From Paraphysomonas bandaiensis (lineage: Eukaryota; Protista; Chrysophyceae), in contig CBFFRP010000333.1 of NCBI GenBank assembly GCA_965644295.1, positions 64,538-128,537 on the forward strand: a stretch of 64,000 nucleotides of DNA, in the 5' to 3' direction. The notes beneath the pieces are model-generated. The model searched no databases. It saw only the letters and a list, made by a program, of their open reading frames with translations, and was not told where the DNA came from. Both the position numbers and the translations under genes were made by a program. Shown here one piece after another: positions 1 to 12,722 of this stretch (position 1 is its first letter; each line of letters begins with the position of its first letter).

Positions 1-1494
1 TCATGGACCCAGTCATGTGAGATGTCACCACTGAGTCTACAGCCTAGTACAAAAACATGAAAAAATGTCCGCAATACGAAGAAGTATGTCAACACATAAA
101 TTACAGCTATGCTACTTCATCATATGTACATAACAACAGTAGCAAGAAGCAATAATAATAATCGCAACCCACTCCATAATAATATATAATGCGATAACTC
201 ACGTGCTCCTCAGTAAACTCCTTGTCAAAGTTTCTCACGTCACTCTCGTCCCTCTGTGCAGGTGGGCGAAACTCGGGCTCGTAACCCTTGTCCATGACAC
301 GATCGAAGTCCAACACAGAGAGGAATTCAGTCTGCTTCAGTTCAGCAGCGTCAGTTGGTCCAGAACCGAGACGATCGGCCACTTTCCGCTCAAGGAGCCC
401 TGTCAAAATATTTTTCGCGGCGGCAGAGACCTGGCGTCTACAGGGAATAACAATTAGATCGAATAGAGAGATTTTACAGATAGGACGCGCACTCACCCAC
501 TGTTAGATTTAGGAAACTTTAATTCGTTGTGAAGAATTTTGTGGTACATACGCTGAACGTTGGTGTCATAGAAAGGCGGTAGCCCACAAAGCATCTCATA
601 TAGGAGGGTCCCAAGACTCCACCAATCCACAGCTTTACCATGTCCCCGATTTTCCAGGATTTCAGGGGCAAGATACTCCGGTGTACCACAGAAGGTCTTT
701 GTACCTCCCTCTGCCCCAGGACCAGCAATATCGCCCTTACTAAGTCCGAAGTCAGTGAGGCGGATGTGCCCAACGGCATCAAGAAGAATGTTTTCTGGCT
801 TCAGGTCACGATATATAATGTTAACAGAGTGCAGTGCCTCTAAAGCGCAGGTAATTTCCGCTGTGTAAAGGCGGCACCGCTCCTCAGAGAATCGCCTGTC
901 CTTCTTCAACCAGAAAAAGAGCTCTCCGCCCGCCATATAATCGAGCACCATATACCTACACAATGTAAGTATCATCCATATAACATAAAATATATTACGT
1001 ACAATTTGTCAGGAGTCTGGAAGGCATAAACGAGGTGGACGAGGAAAGGGCTGCGAATATTTTGGAGAATTACTCTTTCAGTGGCAGTATGGGCCAACTG
1101 ATTTCGTTTAACGAGGGCAGCTTTTCTTAATGTTTTTAAGGCATATAAGGTTTCATTGGTATCATCCTTCTTTTTGACGAGCATTACTTTACCGAAACTC
1201 CCTTTACCCAACACCTGTAACACACAGTGCAGTGGAGTGTGTCTGTCAGAGGCATCATAACTGCAGCCGATAGCATAACGATACCTTTAATAGCTCAAAA
1301 TCATCTATTGTCAATGGCTTGTTATTCACATGACTGAATTCATTCCCAATTGGTACGTCTTCAACCGGTCCGCTACTCTCCTCTACATCACACATAATAA
1401 TTAATAGATGCTACTAGATGGAGCCCTCACCTTCAGGAGCAGGTGCACCATCGCCCTCAGTCTGGCTGCCAGGCTTTGACAGTTTCTTTCCCAT
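1..1494 (-). CDS. AGC-family Ser/Thr kinase (SGK/Akt/PKBR1-like), N-myristoylation motif, multi-exon, 3' end outside window
   Basis: Spliced ORFs give [39 protein letters not shown] and an AGC C-tail ([10 protein letters not shown]). ATG at 1494 gives MGKKLSK. Short GT-AG introns, e.g. 1430-1383. Confidence 0.93.
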
Positions 1495-1983
1495 TATAAA
1501 TGATGTATTATACGCTTTATTAGGTTATATATTATGATATGGCGAGAGTATTGTGCATATCCCTCTTGTGACTGCCATATTATACGATCAGATCATCCAT
1601 ACTGCTGCTGTACATGTATACAACTGGTACATGCGCATGTTGAGTATGTATGATGTATGTATATATTCATAACAAAAAAGATAGTAAATTTTTGTTGCAA
1701 AAGTTAGCGAGAATAATCAAGAAAAACACCACCATCACCACTTACTTCATAGAATATCCATGATTTTCATACGGCCAAAACACATCATATTCTGTGTATC
1801 TTGAAGAGATAAACTGAAAATGTATGTGAAATGAAGCATTGATGTGATGGGAATATGTATGTACAGTATATCATAACAATTTTCGTTATTGTTAAAGGAA
1901 CACCATCATAAGACCCGTGACCCATTTGACCTCTCATTCTCCTGATCTATTTGCTGCGTGTCTCTGCTGTGTACAATATATTA

Positions 1984-3278
1984 ATGTATTCTTTGAAGCT
2001 ATCGTTCAATCAGGGGAAAGACGTACGACGAGTGTCTATACAGGATCCGCAAGAGCTCTCTTACAATGAGCTTACCGATACAGTCCGCACATTGTTTTCT
2101 AATAATATAAGTTCTGATTGTGATTTTATTTTGAATTGGGTTGATGATGAAGGTGGGTGCAGAGTGTGTGGAAGTATGTGTATAATTACGATGTGATTGC
2201 AGGTGATGAAGTGGTGGTTTCCTCTGATATAGAAGTTCGTGAGGCTTGTTCTGTCATGCTGAAGTTGAAAAGAACTTGTATAAAGTTTTATATCCGTCAA
2301 ATTGAACCATTGCGCTCAACGGTTCAGATAGGTAACAATAGTTGTGACGAGAAGCCCACTCCGTCAGAGCAGTATGGTGCTGCGAATATCAAATGCAGCA
2401 AGTGTGGAGTCTACCCAATCACAGGGGTACAGTATCGCTGCTCTGTCGTCCCTAGTATTACTCTGTGTATGTCCTGTGAGTCAAACGCCCCCACACCTCG
2501 CTTCCCCATGCTTAAGGTCTACACCCCTAAACAAGAAACTGTGGCGACAGAATACCTGCGCTTATTCAACTCTCCACTTCCACCCCATGGACACATCGAT
2601 AGGAGGCCCAGCAGTGAGGACTCATGGCGTGCTAGTCGCCCCCCTCCACCACCTTCAAAATTAACGAAACCTATGGCACGATTCATTCGAGATGTTACTC
2701 TGCCAGATGGTTCACAGGTGGAGCCGCTGTCGGTGTTCCATAAAACTTGGCGGGTGCGTAATGATGGAACGGCTCCGTGGCCTCCAGGGTGTGCACTTGT
2801 AAATGCTGGAGGGGATCGTATGTTTTCTGAGGAGGAGTTCAGACAGCCAGTGGGGAGTCTACGCCCAGGAGAGGAGGGTGATCTGACAGTGGAGCTGATG
2901 TCCCCTGGTGCATGTGGTCGATACGTGGGATATTTCCGGCTGCAGACAGATGAGCAGAGGTGGTTCGGCCAGCGATTATGGGCAGATATTAGGGTGAAGG
3001 AGGATACTCAACAGAAAGTCGAAATGTGTTCAGAGAAACTAGATGATAGGCGTCTGTTTGGTAGTGGTGAGGTCAAAAGCGAAAACGTAGAGCGACCACT
3101 ACTGGTGCTTGAGGACAAAGGAGCACCATGCCCATGGGAGAAGGAGCTAGATGTTCTGCGTAGTATGGGCTTCACAGATAAAGATGCAGTGATACCAGTA
3201 CTGCAGTCGCACTCTAAGCCTGGAAGAACGAATGCTGAAATTCTTCAGCGGACAGTTGCCGATATCCTTACACTCTGA
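1984..3278 (+). CDS. NBR1: NBR1-like selective autophagy receptor (PB1-ZZ-FW-UBA)
   Basis: PB1 acidic motif WVDDEGDEV is restored by intron 2153-2202. ZZ-like CSKC..YRC..LCMSCE. FW domain ARFIRDVTLPDG..KTWRVRNDG..WP..FGQRLW. C-terminal UBA (LRSMGF). Confidence 0.88.
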
Positions 3279-4839
3279 TCTTATATTCCTGTCATAATTG
3301 CATATATTGTGGTGCATTAAAGTGCAGCCATTCCAAAACATGATTTTCTATTTATGCATGATTGTAATTATTTTCTAATGGCGTGTATCGTTTTCATGAT
3401 ATACTACTATATGATCTCGGGGTCGTACTTCCCCTAATATCGCAAGTTTTACCTTTGTAAATAACTAATTTCATAGGGAATCGTGTTTAACTTCAACTTT
3501 GCAAGTAAAGCATACAACGCGTCTTTGTACACATGTTTTCAAACAACGCTTTGATGCTATGTCGCGGAGCGCGGAGAATCCCATGAGCTATATTGTCTAT
3601 AATAGGTAGTAAATATCGAACGGGGGTGTGACAGCTCAAGATTTGTCTACTTCGTACTAGCCTCCTCCCTCATGAAAGTAGTAATTTTTTGCAAATAGAA
3701 GAAACTTTTTCATCATGCTTTTATTCTTTCATTGACTTGGTGTACAATTAAATTAGATAATATGAATTAGAAGTAGCCACATGTACAGTACATAGTGAAA
3801 TTGCCCCTTTGGTAATCATGGATAGTTCAATTATTTCTTATAATTTTATAACCAACAAAAATAGGAAGTACTTTTACATATGCTGGCTGTATTTTATGTT
3901 TATCGTCGATACTAATTAATTACTTGCTGACATGGTTGCTATCTTTTACTAATTAATATTTCTGGTATTTTACCTGATGATATGTTTCAAAATTACGAAG
4001 AATCTTGACTTATTTTCTATCGAGGTTATCTCGACAAGAGTGTGCTACCATACCGTGATCGATTGATATCGCTTCTACCGATTAGAACTTAATTACATCG
4101 GTATTTTGGGGCCCTATCGATATCCTTAATATATTTGTTCGTATAACTTCACATATATAGGAACATCGGTATAAGCGCCTCATAAACTTCTTGCTGTCCT
4201 TCTTCTTGAGTATCCAGTGAACTGCTAGTCATATGATGCGTTCTTCAAGGCTATCTTACCTGTCGCCACCATGAATACTTTGCCCAGGTGATTCCCATTC
4301 TAAATGTCCCCATGTCCTCACTTAGTCTCTCGTAGCCCCTCAATTCGACTGTGATGGATCTGCCTGTGATGTGTGTCGTTGGAACCAACGGCACGTTCTC
4401 CTGGAAAATCCAGGCTTTTAGTCTCTAAAACTAGAAATACCTCAAAAATAAACAAAAAACTGGGCACATAAAAACTACGATATTATTTTCGTAACATATG
4501 ATCTAACTTCACCAGCTGTTGACTCTCCACCAACCAAATAGCACATCAACGATATAACTTAGTTTTGATTGGTTCGTACTTCCATTGCTCCGTCAGTTGG
4601 TTTTCTTAATCGTCATTAGGGCAGTCATTTCGTTGGTGTAAAAGAAAACAATCGATGTCGGCGGCAATTAAATGGACACCGTGTGAAATGATATGAACAC
4701 ATATAACTAGATCCCTAATATGCTGCACTCAGAGACTTTTTTCTTCAGTGACAACATTGCAGTCATCTTATAGATATCAGTGCAACAGCATCTATCATAA
4801 ACTCGACACACATATCCACTATAACGCCCTCGTTGTAGC

Positions 4840-5879
4840 ATGGGAAGCACAAATGACCATATCGGTTTGAAGATGCTGATATCGGACATTCGCAACTCTC
4901 ACAATTATTCCCATGAACAACCTCAAACTCGAGAGTGTATGTCAAATCAGAGAACTGCAGAAAAGCCTGACGTGGACTCCATTTTCTATTTGCAACAGCT
5001 CTGTAGTGAGTTGAAACATAGATACTCACCAAATGCTATTTTATCGACATCTAAACCTGGGGAAGTATTCAAATTAACAGACGATGAATGCCGATTGCTG
5101 CATGCATTGGAGACTTCGCCATCACACAACATCCACGAAAGTTTTAGTGACGAAAGCAATAATTACCCGACGGTTTTGTACAAGGTGAGAGTGAATACTT
5201 GTTCTACGAATATTACCTTAGACGTGTCTTTGTTCCATTAGGTTCGATTTAAACGACTAATTGAAGTGATGAAACCGAGTCAAGTATCAGCTGTTTATAG
5301 TCTGGGAGACATTGTCGTTGCTGATACGAAATTCGGACGAAACATTGGAGTTATTGTTGATAATACAGTAGGCCGAAGTAACCCCCTGGTATTGGACGGT
5401 GATGTTCCAGGAAATATCATTGATCTGGCTACCCCTGAAGAGATACTCTCGTTTCAGCACAAGCTCAGCACTGAGAGAATTGCTTTGGAGGACTGTAGAG
5501 AAATTATCGCCAAGCGGGGTGTAGAGATGGATGTACTAGATGCAGAATATCAATTGGGGGGAGAGAAGCTTGCATTTTTCTTTACTTCTAAAAAGTGAGT
5601 ACCAAGTGTGAATTCTCACTTTTTCATATATATATGTTAACCTAAAATTGCAGGTGGGTTAATTATAGAAATCTTCTTGCCAGCCTTCACAGCAGATTTC
5701 AAACACGTATATGCATGATTAAGATAGCAGACCCGGAACTACTTCACCAATGCCATGTAATTCGTGATCTCGAGGAGCTCTCTTCTCAACATGCAACAGA
5801 TGTATCGTTCCTAAAGAATCAACGGAGATTCAACCCAGAAGACTTTGTTGCCATTGATCCTCCTCACAGAGTGTCGTAG
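4840..5879 (+). CDS. PSP1 C-terminal domain protein (PSP1/RicT-YaaT-like), 3 exons
   Basis: Exons approx. 4840-5184, 5242-5595 and 5654-5879. Motifs GDIVVADTKFGRNIG, IIDLATPEE, MDVLDAEYQ..EKLAFFF and VNYRNLL..LHSRFQTRI are typical of PSP1-C. Confidence 0.78.
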
Positions 5880-6973
5880 TATTGACTCCACAACGTACTG
5901 TAGCCTATCATTTAAAACAGGAATACGTATATTTGTTGTATGATTTCATGTAATGTATGTTTATTTATTTCCCCGATGGAACTTGTAGAGATTGCAGCCT
6001 TGGTCCTCACTGCAATTCTACAGTCATTTGTTTAGTAACGTGTGTAATATACTTGTCATAGTATATAGTAGATAGAGTAATAATTTCCGAAGAAGTTATT
6101 TTGGAAGACAGCTATCTTGTCTATATGGATTTCAATGCGAATTATTTAACTAAACAGATAGCGAACCTCAGTATAGATGAATTTGTCAACGGAGTGCGCT
6201 ATCAACTCCATCATGTGAAATCTGAATCTCCATAAGCCTGTAAGTTATGATGAACAGCGCAACTCAATGACTACTTCACTTCGATTTTATGTGGAGGTAA
6301 ATATTAAAGGGCCTCGAATATTAATATTATGTCTAATTCAGTGACAGTGGTGTACATAACAAGTAGTACATTGTATATTATACGCCCATCTTTCCTATAC
6401 GTCCTTCCCTACTACTTTTGCGCAAATGTACCTTGCTTATAGAGCTATATATCGCATTAAAAATATCATCACATGTAGGGTGCGTAGGTTGGACCTTTTG
6501 AAGTCGTTTGAAATGCGAATGTAACAGCTTTATTAAATAATATTAAGTGCATGTGTGTATATATTGTTGAGATCTGAAGATTCTATATACTTGCAATTGA
6601 GTGCAGTATTATGTGAGATGCAAGGATCGAAAGATATATATGTAATTAGTACATTATATTGTGTAGTATGAAACTGAAGTAGAAGTGGGTGACTATACTG
6701 GATACGATCACTGAGTGTGTGGTTTGTACACTATAGTAGTAAATGAATGGTGTTGAACACATCGAACATAACTTAGGTTCTTTATCATGTAATGTTTATA
6801 ATTTCATCTTATCATTTGAGAATAGTAAACCTTAGCAAATAATGTCAACTTCTGTTATATATGACTTACTGGCAGGAAAAATATCCAGACAGAAGAAGGA
6901 TTTCACTGGATATGATAGAATGCAAAGGAAAATGTGTAAAATTATTGCTATAATATATTCACATAATATCCGC

Positions 6974-9355
6974 CTATGATACCTGAGATACTGCTTTTTG
7001 GTGATTCAAATTATGCCTCAATACCTGCAACTCAACAGCATCGGTTTCGGATTTAATATTAGCAAGTTTCTCTTGTCGGCGAAGTCGATATATCGAGTTC
7101 CGCAGTCGTGTAATAGCTCTGCGAAGCTTCAAGGGTGTGTCTTCTTCCAAAATTACCGATAAACGTTCCTGACAAATGTCAGCATTGTAACACACAGTAT
7201 CCAGTTCCTCCTGCTTTATCTCTATTAGTTTGTCAAGAACACTCTCTTGTGCGGATAAATTGGCAATGTCATCATGGATTTTCCCTGACACAGTTTGAGA
7301 TTAATAATAAATGAATGTACGATGAATGTTATTCATCTACAAAACACGCACCGACAACATTACTGATTTTCATTCTGTCCATAAGCTCAGCAATTTCTAG
7401 GTCAAGAGATTCCAACACTGTCGGCTTCCGTATTATGTGCAGGTTCCAGTCTTCATCCACTCTCTTGTTGGCCTGCTCCTTCATCATTTTATATTGTTCG
7501 TCAACCTCCGTCTTTATGTCAATAGCTTCTTTTTCCATTTCATCTGCCTTGACACTTGCGTCTTTTATCCTCTTCACCAGGCTAATGCGAGCCTCCTGTA
7601 GCGACTGGTGCTCAGCAAGAAGCTCACGCAGCACTTGGTCTTCGATTTCGTGCTCCTGCTTATCAATCCCAGCATTCAGGAGAACATTTCGGGGAGCGAA
7701 ACGGTCGTGGGGTAACTCAACAGGTCCATCTTCACCCTTCATCTCTCCATCCTGACGGCTGCGCAACTCCTGCCGTTTGAGGCGCTGTACCACTCCCTCT
7801 TGTTTTTCCATCTGATACCAAGATTAATTAACTACACCATGATATATATCTCGAGTAGGACACACATTTCACTTTTTATCATTATCAACTTTGCACACAC
7901 AAGTACACTTCGGAATACACAAGAATATACCTGTGCTTTAAGCTTGTTGGTGTGAGTCCGATGGGTAAACACGTCTTTTTCCGCTTCACTAATTTTAACC
8001 TTGAGTTCATCGTACATCACTAAAAGTTCCTTGTATGACTTCCTATTCAATCCATTGCTGCTACCAGATGTGGTGCTTTTAGCCTCCCTATTACCAGTAG
8101 CGGATCTTGACCTAACAGTCGTCTTACTCTTTTTCTCTGTTGGTACAGGCTTATAAACTCCCCCCGCAGTCGACTTTTTTGGGCCTAACTTGGCTAATCT
8201 CGCAGCAAGGTCCTCGTTTTGTTTGTTTACAAGCTTCTGCTTTCTATTGCGCTTGTATTTCCCAGCACTATTCATCACCGCTAGACCCGAATCGCCAATG
8301 CGACTCCCACGTCCTAATGCTCCTGCACTTTTCGGTCGTGTTGTTGCGGATTGTCGTCCACTGACAACACTTTGACTAATCCCTGTGGCTCGTAGGGATT
8401 TTTCCGGTGCACGCACAGGCTTTCGGGGTCGCCACTCGAGGCGTATATCAATATCTACATCTGCCCCATCACCTACCGACATACCGTGCCGGTCTACGAG
8501 AATGTGAGCTCCGCGAAGGAGACGACACTCCGCTCCTGGGCGCGCCTTTCCAACGGTGCCCACTGTGATAAAATCCTGCAGCTCCACAGATATCTGGCCT
8601 ACGAAATCACTCCCACCATTTCGTCGAGTCTTATATAGTGCAACAATAATATCGCCATGCTGAGAGAAATTAGTACTGTCCATGTCGCCGGGCATGACCA
8701 TTTCAAACCGAAATAAACCCTCGTTCCATCTAGGGTACTCCATCTCAAAACACGTGTTGCTTTTGTAAATAGGTGTCTTACAACGGAACATAGCTGATTG
8801 CGTACCACCTTCAGCGTACAGCACGCGGTAAAATATTCCTTCGCCCTCGCTGGATGCTTCGTAAGGAAGGTTGTTAGCTCCTTTCACTTCGCCTTTCAGT
8901 AGTATTCCGTTCGCAGGGAGTTCAGCGCTAGATAGATTAGAAGCATTGTCGTTCTCAACTTCATCAACTTCTGAGGGGCTTCGGCTGCCCTTCTCCTCTT
9001 CATAATCATGATCTATGGGGACTGACATTGTAAAGTGTGCATCAATCCCCTCCCCGTCATTACCATCTGTGTATTCTCCCGTATTATCATTTGTATTTAT
9101 ATTTCCAGTATTATCCTGCTCGTGTGCATCGCTATCAACATGCTCTGTGTGATCTCTATGATCAGTGGGAGGATCTTCTTTGTTGGAAATCTCACCAATA
9201 AACTCAACAGCATCTAGATTAGGTAACCACTCGACATCACCATCATCATACACTACATAGTAACCATCATCACAGTCATAGTGCTCGATATTACCAGTAA
9301 ACCAACCCCCTTCATCCTCCCAATACACTCGAACTCTACGCCCCACGTGCTCCAT
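6974..9355 (-). CDS. Tudor/Agenet-like + C2 domain + coiled-coil protein, 3 exons
   Basis: N-terminal VGRRVRVYW..GWFTG..YYVVYDDGDVEW. C2-like KGEVKGANNLP..PRWNE..DFVGQISV. Exons 9355-7931, 7811-7352 and 7284-6974 join in frame. Confidence 0.75.
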
Positions 9356-9571
9356 TAGAGTGTGGTGTGCTATGAGTGGATGGATCTACCTTAACAGGTG
9401 CCCTCATACATAACAAATACAATGTAACGATAACAATACTGCTGTATGCCATCTCTGCACTGCCCGTATTTTATGTATGTATTTGTATACATGAGTGTTG
9501 GAGGAATATATATACAGCAGTATCTACACAGTATTCCATATGGTATTACGTACAGTACATGCATGCATGTC

Positions 9572-9855
9572 TATGTATGTATGTATGTATGTATGTATGT
9601 ATGTATGTATGTATGTATGTATGTATGTATGTATGTATGTATGTATGTATGTATGTATGTATGTATGTATGTATGTATGTATGTATGTATGTATGTATGT
9701 ATGTATGTATGTATGTATGTATGTATGTATGTATGTATGTATGTATGTATGTATGTATGTATGTATGTATGTATGTATGTATGTATGTATGTATGTATGT
9801 ATGTATGTATGTATGTATGTATGTATGTATGTATGTATGTATGTATGTATGTATG
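9572..9855. repeat. (TATG)71 perfect microsatellite
   Basis: 284 nt of uninterrupted TATG units between two divergent genes. Confidence 0.99.
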
Positions 9856-10120
9856 TGTGGGGATGCCATATATATACATGTACAGCAGTAGTGTGTACCG
9901 TGTATCGTAACTCACTCACATATTGCCGCCACAACTCCTGGAAGAAACGAAGGGATTGTGATTTAAATCTTGTGCTTCCTGGATGAAATGAGAGCCTGAT
10001 TTACTCTCTTTTATTGTTATGGTATGCTGTTAATCCCTGTGTTGTATTATCTGTAATAAGACCTTATAAGCTCATATCATTTGCATATACTGTACTGTAA
10101 ATACTCTCTAGTAGATAACA

Positions 10121-11908
10121 ATGACAGAGGGAGATGGCGCTGTGTTGATACGAATACATCTACATGATAGCTATGCGTCTAGCACCACTGTGAAGGTGAC
10201 CACAGACACCACAGCGAGAGATGTGTGTAATGCGATTGCGTCGAAGTTAGCAGTTGCAGAAAGTGACAGGTTGTATGACACTTTAATATGTGTTGTCAGC
10301 GGTTTTGATGGGAAAACGAATTTACATTGGCTAAAAACATTGAAAAAGGATGACAGAATTATTAGATTCCAAACAGCATTACTTGAGAAACGCACATTGG
10401 AGGCGACTAATAGCGATATTGTTGATTCGCTTGCTGTCAGTTGGTACTATAAAGATATTCGCTCTGCTCCGCTTTGTTTAGACGGAGAAACATCTGGTAA
10501 TTCGTCGTCTGATGATGAGGAAGAAATCGCATTGAATGATCTTCTTTACTTTGGGAATGGGGACAGACGTGCTGTCATGCTGAAACGTTCCGCTCGAGAC
10601 CCCAATCTCTGGCGGCGGAGGCTGTGTGTTTTAACGGACAAACTTTGGTGCATTAATCTCAAGCGACGCGCTCCGTATGCGTCATGCATTCCACTGAACG
10701 GGACAGTGCTGTTACAAGAGGACGCCCCAGAGCTAAACTACCCTTATGGTATCATTCTGCACAGCACTGCAGGAGATACTGTGTTCCTTCGAGCAAGCAG
10801 TGCATCCGAGCAGCACATCTGGCGGGACGAACTACAGGATAGAGTGGAGTTCGGAGTGGAAAATGCAGTGCTGTATATGGCTGAGGTGATCATTTGCGAC
10901 GAACAACAAGCTCGAGGGGAGAGACGTGACAAGCATCTTACCGAGTGCATGCACACTCACCAGATGATATCTGCGATGAAAGATATATGCAGCACACATG
11001 GTATGTTCTGTGATGATTTGCAGAAAAGAAACAAGAAATCCGCTGCGAGGGATATTGATGCTGAACCTTTGTCTAAAGATTGTGAAGTTTCGCCAGTTGT
11101 GCGTCGCGGTCGCAGCGACCGTTTAACATCTTCCCGTCACACCCAACGTGGCAGGAGTGACTCTCCATCTCTTCACTTAGATGCCCGTAAGATGTCTTTA
11201 TCGTCACCGACCTCACTTTTAGAGGCGAGCTCGGGGATGAGAGTACTCTCGATATGTGCCCCGCTACAGTTGTTGCATTCCCTACATATGTTGCACCCAA
11301 GGTGTGCTTCAGCAGTTGCTCTTTTGGGTGCGGTTCATACCTATCGAGCAACATTTCGGCACGACATCCACGTCCCTCCACGGGATATGTGGGAAGCTGC
11401 GCTTCGAGTCTATCTACAGTTTATTCTTCCATACCTTGTGTGCACATCTGGCGACTCTGGTCGCGAATTTTCTCTGATTAGTTCTGAATCTCCGGAGTTT
11501 CCTGCAGCAAGGGAGCGAGATTTATCTCAAGGTCTTGACTCTCCAAGTAAACATTTTATGGAGAGAAAAATTTCCAGGAGTACATCTATACAATCATTGC
11601 CTATGGATATCGTGACCAGGGTACATAGAGAACTTTTTGCCAATATCAGGAAAAAGAAGAAGGATGAGAGACGTTTAGATGTACATCGAAAGCAAGCCGG
11701 TGACAGTAACTACTGGTTTTGGCCGTCTGCCTCAGATATCGATAATACCAAGAAAGTAGAGCAAGAAGAAATGGAGAGTTTGATAAGGGCTCGAACTGTA
11801 GGCGGCTGTTATGAAATAGTAGATCTCAATTCAAGGCCCTCTTTAGGATTATTTGATGATCTGGTTATAGCTATGTACAGCATTTTAGATGAAGAAAAGT
11901 GTAAGTGA
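10121..11908 (+). CDS. Ras-association/ubiquitin-like + PH domain protein, single exon
   Basis: 595-aa ORF. N-terminal LIRIHL..TTVKVTTDTTARDVC (RA-like). PH motif MLKRSARDPNLWRRRLCVLT..VFLRASSASEQHIW. Confidence 0.75.
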   Translation: MTEGDGAVLIRIHLHDSYASSTTVKVTTDTTARDVCNAIASKLAVAESDRLYDTLICVVSGFDGKTNLHWLKTLKKDDRIIRFQTALLEKRTLEATNSDIVDSLAVSWYYKDIRSAPLCLDGETSGNSSSDDEEEIALNDLLYFGNGDRRAVMLKRSARDPNLWRRRLCVLTDKLWCINLKRRAPYASCIPLNGTVLLQEDAPELNYPYGIILHSTAGDTVFLRASSASEQHIWRDELQDRVEFGVENAVLYMAEVIICDEQQARGERRDKHLTECMHTHQMISAMKDICSTHGMFCDDLQKRNKKSAARDIDAEPLSKDCEVSPVVRRGRSDRLTSSRHTQRGRSDSPSLHLDARKMSLSSPTSLLEASSGMRVLSICAPLQLLHSLHMLHPRCASAVALLGAVHTYRATFRHDIHVPPRDMWEAALRVYLQFILPYLVCTSGDSGREFSLISSESPEFPAARERDLSQGLDSPSKHFMERKISRSTSIQSLPMDIVTRVHRELFANIRKKKKDERRLDVHRKQAGDSNYWFWPSASDIDNTKKVEQEEMESLIRARTVGGCYEIVDLNSRPSLGLFDDLVIAMYSILDEEKCK

Positions 11909-12722
11909 TCAGTGCATATCACAAGTCATTGATGTTTTACAGTTATGCTTTATATAGATTAACGTATTAGCCTATATGTCGTTATTTAGTAATCAGTCAC
12001 CATGCATATATGTGCTGATCGAAGGTGTTTCGGTTGAGATTTGAAAGACTTGGTACTTGCTTAGCGTGAGAGAGATGTAATAAAATGGCTACTAGTTACT
12101 GATGACAATAAACTCCTAGCACGTATATAGACGTTGGTTGTATTTTAGCACTCCTACTCCATAAACATACCAGGACACACTAATCACTAATACACAGTAC
12201 ACTCAATGCACCTAACATGATGGCAACTTTGATATCTGCTGGAGGTGCAGCTTTTCTGCTAAACCTTTAGTCATCATGTTGGCAAATGAAACTGCCTGGT
12301 TCTGGTCTAGTTCACTTTGCTGTCCATATTAAGGATCTATAGAAACTCAGTCTTACTGAGCTCAGACCTATTTAGTAGTACAATTAGTACCGAAACAGCA
12401 TATATTCGTCGTTTTCTGAGGTCGAGTGCTACTGTCAAGCAATGCCTTGCCTCTGCAATGGTTCAAAACACATGAATAGATGATTACCCGAAACGCGTAG
12501 CAAACTAACAATCGTATATTGTTCAGAATGATATGTTGAGAACTTCACGTTCTTTTTATCCATTTCCTTATATATTATATATTATAACTTCTTTGTCGCC
12601 AGTGTGGACGTCATATAAACACAATTAAGATTCAATTAATTAGGAAAACTCCAACATCACATTCTAACAAGTCAACATATTACACTATGCCAATATCCAT
12701 GTTTGTGCAAGAGGAAACTTAA

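Noticed and set aside
9376-9986. Six ORFs with MYVC/HTYI repeats
   Set aside because: Translation artefacts of the stop-free (TATG)n microsatellite.
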